Source: the human T2T-CHM13v2.0 reference genome, Homo sapiens
Direction: 5' to 3' (one strand)
Length of the DNA stretch: 64,000 nucleotides
NCBI RefSeq assembly: GCF_009914755.1
Contig: NC_060925.1
Shown here: piece after piece, positions 54,751 to 64,000 of the stretch
Layout: each line of letters begins with the position of its first letter
Position numbering within the stretch: the stretch's first letter is position 1
Notes under the pieces: generated by a model
Database searches by the model: none
The model's input: the letters and a program-made list of their open reading frames with translations, nothing else
Told to the model about the DNA's origin: nothing
Program-made: the position numbers and the translations under genes

Positions 54751-57419
54751 AAACTTGCCTCCTTCTTTAGGTTATCATGTTGGGAGAAATTTCCATGTTT
54801 ATACCTGTCTGGTCCTACTCTCAGACCTCATTGAATCCAAAAGCAGCTGTTTAGCATGATCTTTCTCTGACAGACTTCAATATTTTTCATAATATACATA
54901 GTCCGTGAGAGACATGGTAGGACTATTTCAGTCCCCTTCTCTTTCTAAAATGACACAATAGAATTTGTACTATACTGTGAACAGCACCCATTAAGAGTCG
55001 TTCATTTCCAAAATTCCCAGAGAAAAATGGAACTGAAACCTTTCTCCTTAGACTTCTAATTACCTTTATTCACTCTCATCCTCCATCTTGCTTCCTTCTT
55101 CTTCCCGTAGTAATTACTTGCCCTGGCCTAGAAGGACTTTTATTAGCGTTCTCTAATAAACAAAATGGCCCTTATGTCTAATGCTCTAAACATTAGAGAA
55201 AAAATTCTCTAGAGTAAAAGTTGTCTATTAGAGTAAAATGATTCTGCTGTGAATCCACTGAGATCTGACTCTCAAAGTAAAGTCTTAAACATTTATTTAC
55301 TTTAATGCTTAGTTTTTGCAAACAAAGAGCACCTTGGTTTCATACCATATAGCCAGTTGAAACTGAAGAAAGACATTCAGCACTTTGATTGGCACTGTTT
55401 TCATCCTCGGAGAAAAAAACCCTTGAATTAAAATTTTCAATATTTTCTGATTGCATTAGACTATAAATGAACGTATGTAAAACTTTTACAAGAAAGAAAA
55501 AAAAAAAACAGTGACCGGTTTGAATCTGTCCACCTGCAAGAATGTGCTTTTATTTTAGTACAAGCATCTTTCATCTTTTCTTTACTTCTTTCCATTATGT
55601 GATTAATATGCCACAATGAGTTGCTGAATATCTGACTCAAGACAATTTCTATCCCCAAGGGCCATACGCCTTTATCTCCACTCTTGTGAGATCATGGACT
55701 CTACTAAAAATCTGCTTGTCTAATTTATTATTTTAAAAATTAAATATCAAGTAGGGTATAAATAGTTAGGCCTGGGTCCCATGCCTGTTCAGTATTACAA
55801 GGGAAGGCAAGGGGAAAGTAAGTTGAGGCTGAAGTTCTTCTAAAAGTGTATAGAGAAGATACAGAGAAACCATATGCATTGCAAATATCTACCAATTTGT
55901 ATATAGGTTCTACAGTTACAATGTTATGACCTTCACGGTCAATAGGGGGAGAATAAAGCAAAATAGCGATTGTCTGAAATTAGATTGTTTTAGTTGACAG
56001 ATTATTATAAATTCCTTACAGTACTATACAGTATTATTGATTGATTAAAACTATCATGCAAATGTGTTTGAAAGAGGTTTGAATAGTAATCATCTTGTTT
56101 TTTTCATTCTCAAACAAATGTTATCTTTTCAGCCACCCTTCAACTCCCAAGCCAAATACTCAGTTAAGAAAAACCCATGAACATTGTCCAGTGTAATCAT
56201 TAAATTGCATACATTCTAATTGAACTCTAAGGAAGAATTATAAATGAACTAATGTAACTGTTTATGCCATTACCCACACTATTGTATATTAAATATAACT
56301 AAGCATTTAAAATTACTACTTATAGAAAAATCCCTTCAATCTAGATCATAAAAGAAAATAAATTTAAATATTTTAAAATAAAGGAATTAATATTCTCAAG
56401 TATTATAAAGTTATATATTAATAATATTTAAAATACTATGCTTATTTTTATATACATGCTATAGTCTCCTCAATTTTTTTTTTTTGCCATCCTCTCATAT
56501 ATCATGATATTCCTTTGAGACAAGACACAAGGAATTTTAAAGAAATTTTTTATAGGCATAAGCAGCCCCAAAATTTCATAGTTAAGTAAAATAAAATCAA
56601 TAATAATTTTCTTCCAGATTTCATTATATTTTTTATATGACATAGAGGGAAAAGTAACATAATCAATTAAAAACTGAGAGATGATATAGGGAAAGATGAG
56701 TCGAAATTTTGATCACAGATAATATAACCAAATATTTCCAGTAAAATGGAATTTCTTTTAGCAATTGTTGCTAAATTCCTCTGATAAGATTTTAAGTTAT
56801 TTTGAGAGGCCCATTGAAAATATCTCATTTGCTTGTAAAATAATATAGTATTTATTGTTGAGCACGAGACATTAACAGTAGATTTTTAAAAGTCACAATT
56901 TTTGTTGAATAACTATAAGAACAATGTATAACTTTTCAAAGGTAAAATATATATTTTCAAATTAATAAAAGTATAATAAAAAGGAATGTGAATGCTTAAT
57001 GTATTTATAATGCTGCACATACCACACATGAATACTAGCAAAATTTAATACACTTAAATGATTTTATTATTTCCATAATATTTATATAAATGAGTTTTTC
57101 TTAAATATTATGAGTAGAAAATTCTACCTAATATATAATTAGTTGTTTCATATATAATAGTGAGTACAATTCATTGTTGCATTAGAATTTGGAAAACTGC
57201 ATTTATTTTTATATCATAGGTAAATGTTAAAATGTTTTCTTTAATACAGAACATTTTTATTTTATGCATTCATGGAAAATTTTTCAAACATTATCATAAT
57301 ACTGTATAATATCATCTATAGTATACCTAATGATCTTATTTGACATACACCATTGTCTTCTCTCATCTTTCTGAAACCATAAGGAATACAAAATCGGTAA
57401 AAGCCAGAGAATGTATTCC

Positions 57420-57790
57420 TGTGTTAATCTTCGCAGGCTGCCATAACAAACTACCATAAATTGGGTAGTCAAAAGAATAGAAATTTATTCTCATAGTTCT
57501 GGGGCCTGGGAAGTCTAAGATCAAGGCCAGCATGGTCAATTTCTGGTGCAGCTCTCTTCCAGGCTTTCAGACAGCCACCTTCTCAGTGTGTCCTCACATG
57601 GTAGAGAGAAAGCTCTCATGTCTCTTTCTCATTTCATACAAGGGAATCAATTCTATTGGATCAAGGTTAGATTTGATGACCTTATTTAAACCTAATCACC
57701 TACTTAAAGGCCTTATCTCCAATACAGTCACACTGGGGTGTGGTTAGAACTTCAACACATGAATTTGGAGGGGATGCAGTCTTTTTTCTG
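57420..57790 (-). mobile_element. MaLR LTR (MLT1A/B-like)
   Basis: ggctgccataacaaactacca..tctccaatacagtcacactgggg..ttcaacacatgaattt. Confidence 0.85.
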
Positions 57791-58159
57791 TTTAATCATA
57801 AGTCTAGACCAGCAGTCATTTACTACTTGCTTTCCGACTTATCTACTTACATGCAGAGTATCCTCCAAAGAGAGTGTTCATGAAATAAAATGTGGGTAAT
57901 GTACATTTCCTTACTATACTCAAGTATAAAGGCAATCATAAAAGGGAAGCCCAGGATATTAAATCAGTCGACAAACACCACAAGAATATATAGGGGCAAA
58001 AATTAAGGAGAGTCACATTTAAGACTTCCTGAGACATTTTCTGCCATATCTAAATAATTAGTTAAAATTTTAAATAGAAGTATTTTTATTTTTTTACTCT
58101 ATACTATTTCCCTAAAACATTTTAAAAAATCTATTATATAGTTAGTATAATGACTGGAA

Positions 58160-58690
58160 TGGACATTTGTTACAATATTGGTTGCTCACTGTCTGAACCC
58201 CATTCTTGTAGGTGAGAAATTCTACACTGAATAAGACTGGTTGGGACTCAAAGAAGCTACAAGGATGCACTTTTCCAGCACAAACATGTTCTAGGTTGGA
58301 TGATCAAATGCATATGCCTAGCAATTGAAATCTCCAACTAGGAACAAAAAACTAATCACAAAAAGCAAAGGATTCACTTTGGTGTTCACAGTAGGAGCAA
58401 CAGCAGCATCTTGTTTGCAGTTCTGGTAGCAGCAGCAGCTGCAATGGCTTCAGCCATATCAAATATCCTGTGGCACAGAGGGCTTCGAGGTTAAGAGATA
58501 CAAATTTGCTTACCGCATGAACTTTGCAGTTTGTTTTTTACTTTGATTTGGTCACCTTGCTTTCTTTGCTCTTGATTGTTTTCTAGCCCTACTTCTGTGA
58601 CTACATTAAATAATTCTTTAGCTAATAATAATCCTTCCAATAAATTCACTCTTCTGCTTGAATGATTCACAGTTGTTTCTCTTTCCTGTT
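58160..58690 (+). mobile_element. ERVL LTR (LTR33/16-like), degenerate
   Basis: cagcagcagc tract and 3' ccaataaattcactcttctgcttga..gttgtttct. Confidence 0.45.
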
Positions 58691-58719
58691 TATGGAAAAT
58701 TCTATTTAAATAACTGGAA

Positions 58720-59520
58720 AATGTATACCACCAGCTCAGACTTCTCTTCTGAGCTTCTGATTGATGCAGACAACTGAACATACTATATCTCCTATTAGAA
58801 GAATGTCACAAAGCACATCAAAACAAGAAATTCAAAACTGAACTAGCCATCTTTCTCTTCAAAACCTAACCTTTTTTGCAATATTCCCAATGTCAGTGAA
58901 TCGTACCAATAGCCATCCAATTGTGTAAGTGAGTTGCGAATCTCTGACTTACTCTTGTCGCATATTTGGTTATCAGTAAGTACATTCAGTATCTTAAATA
59001 CCTTAATTCTGATTACATCGTTCTGATTGCACCACATTCCTTGCTCAATCTATTGTTGTTTCTCATTTGGACTACTGAAAGCACCTCCTGACTACATCTA
59101 ATCTGAATTATTTACAATTAGTCAGAGATATAGTTTCAAAACTTATGTAATTGTGTCATACACCCAATCATGATTCTTTGTGATTAGAATTATTTCCACT
59201 GTTCTTAGGATCAATTCACAATTCCTCTCTTTGGTTTTTAAACTCCATGGCCTGGCCCCAACCAAATTCTCCAGCTTCAGGTTGTATAAAACTGTGCTCT
59301 CTTCACTTACAATACTACTTTCATTCTCTTCTATCTGCCATGCTTACACATGCTTCATGTCTTTTGCACTTGTGATTTGTCTGCCTGAAATAAGATCTCT
59401 TTTCAGCTATACTGACTCAATTTCTACTCAGCTGTCATATCACAGATTAGGTACCATTCTCATGTAGCCACAATTCATATGGTGATCACTCAGTATTTAT
59501 TGTATAAGAAAATGAATTAA
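58720..59520 (+). mobile_element. L2 3' fragment
   Basis: L2-like body ending in cactcagtatttattg..aatgaat. Confidence 0.65.
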
Positions 59521-60199
59521 GTTTTCACATCAACGTAAATCTGTAATTGAGTTAGCTGGACATTATATGTTAATACTCTAATATTAAACACTGGTGCACC
59601 CACAGTAAGACACATGTAATCGATTAGTACTATCAACTTTCTTCATATTTTTTAATAAAAATCACTTGTTATGAATAAAGATTAAATACTTTTCAAATAT
59701 CGATAAGTGCAGAGAAGAAAAGGAACAGTAAGGCATAATAATATTGCTGTTCTGGCAACTCTTGATCAGAACTGATTGCCTAACCCTAGCTATGACTGCT
59801 TTCTATGGGACTGCCTCCCAACTTTTTTTCTGTGACTTCAACTTGTAGGAGATGAGATCTGGACAAGTTAACAGTAACTTTTCACTGATACAGTTAAAAC
59901 AATAAAGTTTGAATTAACTCTAATTGTTGTAGTATTCCTTGGTTACCTTCGGTATTATTTATTGATATTAATAGAGCTGATGTAGTAATATTTTCTCTTA
60001 TTCTCTCTCTCCACCATCCTAGTTTCTCTCTCCACCATCCTAGTTTATGAGACAGACAGTGCCACAGTACCACATGAAGACATATCAGTTTGATTCATGG
60101 TGTTTTTTCTCTTGGGCTGCTGTTGTAGTAAATATCTACACTGCATTTTCTTTCACATATGAGTGTGTATATGAACATATACATATATGCTATATAATA

Positions 60200-60920
60200 T
60201 TTGATATATACATATATACAAAGGTGTACCTTGATTTTAATCTATTGTTACATTTATCCCCAAATATTTCATATTTTTGATGCTAACATAAATGACATTT
60301 TAGAAAAAATTCAATGTTTCATTGATTTATATATGGTTACAAATGATTTTTGTATTTTGATCTTGTATCCTGTGATCTTACTAAGCTCATTATCAGTTCT
60401 AACATTTATTTTAGAATTATCAGGATTTTCTAAACTTACAATCATGTAATCTCTGAATAAAGAGTTTTACTCCTTGATTTCCTGTCCATATAACTTTTAG
60501 TTATTTTTCTCTTCTTATTGCATTAGTTAGGACCTCCAGCACTATGTTGCATCGAAACAGTAAGAGTAGACATCCTTGACTTGTCAATATTAAAGGAAAA
60601 TAGTGTTAGTTATTAGCTCTAGATTTTTCATAAATACATAATACATCGCTAGAGTACTAGATTATATCATAATTGGATGCTGAATTTGTTCAAGTGATTT
60701 TCTGCATCCATTCATGTTTACATTTTTTTCCTGTATTCTATTTACATGGTGATTTACACTGATTGATTTTCAAATATTAAACTAACTTTGTATTCCAGGA
60801 ATAAACATTGATAGATTGTGCATTAGCATTTTTAAGCATTGCTGGATTCAGTTTGCTAGATCTCTGTTGACATTTTTGCATCCATATTAATGGTGGATAT
60901 CAGCATGCAGTTTTGTTAGT
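60200..60920 (-). mobile_element. Old L1 ORF2 fragment
   Basis: gacctccagcactatgttg..agtagacatccttg..gattttctgcatcc..gctggattcagtttgcta. Confidence 0.8.
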
Positions 60921-63169
60921 GTTAGGGTATAGCCATCTCTCTACTTACTGTTTAGTCCTTTGCATTCCAATAAGAGAAATTTCCTCATGTTATCCTAAAT
61001 GCCATATGCTGTTTCTCATTGCTCTTCCTATATTACATCATGGTATTCTGTTTGCTGAAATGGCCTCAGTCACGATCATTTTATTTACTTCTACATTTCT
61101 TAAAAATTCTATAAATTCTTCCCAGACTAGGCCACCCCATGACCTGTATTTGTTTTTATATTTAATCTCTTTCTCTCTCTATTGTTGTCCACTTGACTGT
61201 TTATGTCTCATTATCATTCACTAGCGTCTGAGATCCTTGAGAGCATGGAACAGGACTTATTCAATGTTGTATAAGCAGTAGAGCAAGAAGATGCTATTGG
61301 TTAGAAATTAATGAAGGAATAAATGAATGATTTGGAGTTATTAATCCATGGTGAATAAAAAGAGACTTTAAATCTTAGAAATTCTTAAGAACAGTTTCAG
61401 TTATAAGGAATATTCAAAATTTATCTGACTGACAAATATAGAATTTATAATATGGATTTAGGACATTACATTTTAGGCATGTAATGCCTAAAATGTCTAA
61501 AAAATAGAAATTTTTTTCTGTATTTCACATTCATGTAAAATGATGTTTTAAATTTACTTGTTCCAAACACCTATGGATTTCTTGTTAGAACAAAAATGTT
61601 TCTATAGAGATAAAATACTAAAATAACTTTTTGTTACTGTAAACCATAAGGTCCCCCACATCTGGAAACTTTTCCATAAAGCTATTTAGAGTCATATTAT
61701 TTTTAAATATATATTTGTAATTTATTATTGCTTGCATTCCAAATTCTTATATCCTTTAAATTTTTTAATTACTAATTCTATTTTTAAAATTTGTTGGTAA
61801 TTTGATTACTGGAAAACTGTGTTAAAGATTCAAACTTATTTCTATACCTTATATGGTATCTGAATATATTAACCTTTAGACTTTTGGTTGCAAACACAAA
61901 AATATTCTTTTCATTAAAAATATATTTTACCTGTTTTTTAAAACTGAAGTAAGCTTAACTCCAAAATACTATTAAATATCTTTTATTTTCTTTCCACAAT
62001 GCCTCTTAGCTTTCCTATATGTTTCATAAAATATATTCTGATCCTTGTGCATGTAACAAAATGTGACTTACTGATTGCCAACCCCAGAGTTTTCTGTCAG
62101 TCTTGATTCTGCTCAATTTAACAGTGGCCTTGTAACACAGTCAATCACAATGTTCTTGTCACTTGACTTCACTGGGTAGCAGTGCTTTCTCATCTTGCAT
62201 CTTATCTTTCCAATCATCCTTTTTTGCCTGTATAGCAAAGACACTTCCTAAGATTTCTAATGAGCCACTTAGAGTATACAATTAATGGCCAGGGTTGGTT
62301 GAAGCACCATGGGGGCTATTACTCTCTGCTGTTCCTCCGAAACTCACAGTCTGTGTGGGACTTAATAGTAATAGGTTCACAGCGAGCATTATATAGAGAA
62401 AGAATGTTATCATTTAGTTATAACATGTTTCTTCATAAATGTTCCATGTTCAGAATTCTAGATTTTTGTTCCTATAGCAGATAGCAGCATCTATTATGGG
62501 ATACATTTTATATTTTAAAAGAGAAAAGAAAAAATTAGATTTTCTCTCAATTGGCAAATATTACAAAGTAAGTAAAGGCCAGACATGAGCAAATTTAAAA
62601 AGAATTAGTACATTTATCCAATATATGACAAGACAATGCATTATTATATACTCAAGATAGATGTAAAAAAAAGTGTCCAGACAGACTCAAAAGATGCTGT
62701 ACAAAAAAGTTAGTTGAAAGATATTGTACGTTTTTTTCTTTAATAAAATGTACTATATATACAAATGCACTCTTCTGTTTGCAAGTTTGCCTTTCAACTG
62801 TAATATCTTATCTAAGCCAACATCAATAGTTCATTTTATTAATCCAGTTTCTCAGAATTTGCCTAGGCACTTTATTTCTGTTTAAGTGATTCAAATTTGT
62901 GAGGCATACAACTTTGCAACCAATCCATTAAATAATTAAAGGCCCTGAGATATTTACTTTTACAGGGGTTGAAAAGGCTTTGAGGAATTAAACAGAGTGA
63001 CATTGAAATTTCCTCTTTTCTGTTTGCTAATTTCACTGATTAATTTGATCAGCTATCCCAAGGCATTTATTGACCTGTCTAGTTCAACTTTATTTTTTAA
63101 ATTATATTTGAGGAACTTAATATGTGAGAATTATTTTGGAAAAATAGCATGTATAAAAAGAAAATAACA

Positions 63170-63360
63170 GAGTATAGGCGTCAGAGAATCAGGTTTGAAA
63201 AATGATTCTTCCAGATATCAGCTGTGTGACCTTGTCCCAAGCATTTAACTCTTCTGTGCTCAGTAGTGAGGGATTCACAATAAATAAAATAATAATTGAG
63301 ATATATAATGAATCCTTATAAGGACTATGTGTAATTTATTGTGATAATTCTTTGAAGTTA
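63170..63360 (+). mobile_element. MIR fragment
   Basis: agctgtgtgaccttg..catttaactcttctgtgctcag. Confidence 0.65.
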
Positions 63361-64000
63361 TGCTTTCATGGTCAAGGAGCAAAACTTTAGTAATTTGAAG
63401 AGTCAGAAAAAGCTAGAGAGGATGCCGAAGTACTTGGAAATTAGAGTCTAAAGAACTGGGAGAAGAGACCTAAGCCATAGGAAGATGGAGCAGCAGCAAG
63501 GACCATAATGGAAACAGGCATCCAGGCAGTGCGGAAGAGCAGGAACCCAAAGGGGCTGATTTTCCCTGAGACATAGACCATTGCCTCAAGATTTTAAAGT
63601 TTTAAACACTAATGTGGCGAATCTGAGCATGGAACTCTCCTCTGAGGCATTCAGTGTCTCCTGTTTGGAAGCATTCTCTGGCTTCTAGAAGTAGCTGAAA
63701 TAAACCCTTTTGGAGGAAAAAATCACACAGGCTCCCGTAGGGTAAGTCTTGCATACAAGAAAAATTCTTGCTCATGTGTACCAATAAATATTCACAAAAA
63801 TATTTAGAAAAACAATCTTTGTAATAAAAATGTTTTAAAACATCTTTTGCCAGGAATAAACCGTGAAAAATTAAGAACAGTGCAATTACTGGACCCCACG
63901 TACATTCAACAAGATGGTTGAATCTTACCAATGTAATATTGCAAGTACTGGAGGATTACTTTCAGCAGAGACAGAAATGGTAATTCAGACCAGTGCTCCC

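Overview
AT-rich primate (almost certainly human) genomic DNA with Alu, L1, L2, MIR, LTR and DNA-transposon remnants. It contains the 5' end of BRINP3 (FAM5C/DBCCR1L, a brain-expressed MACPF-domain protein) on the minus strand. A non-coding exon 1 runs from about 42225 to a perfect donor at 41809. After a 22.5-kb intron 1, exon 2 (19287-19002) carries the start codon and 236 nt of CDS, and the rest of the window lies in the large intron 2. A CpG-rich bidirectional promoter region (about 39.0-43.5 kb) also has the splice signals of a divergent plus-strand lncRNA. All other ORFs in the track are repeat-derived or chance ORFs, and there is no prokaryote-style system. Best leads: (1) a uORF-dense 5' leader, including an out-of-frame uORF that overlaps the main AUG and stops just before an in-frame Met15; (2) a divergent lncRNA whose acceptor may be built from a (CT)n microsatellite; (3) inverted Alus bracketing the AUG exon, suggesting a circRNA; (4) a direct-plus-inverted micro-triplication with a perfect 18-bp hairpin at about 11.5-11.9 kb; (5) candidate alternative first exons and CTCF sites. 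Gene and repeat-family names come from recognition, not database searches.
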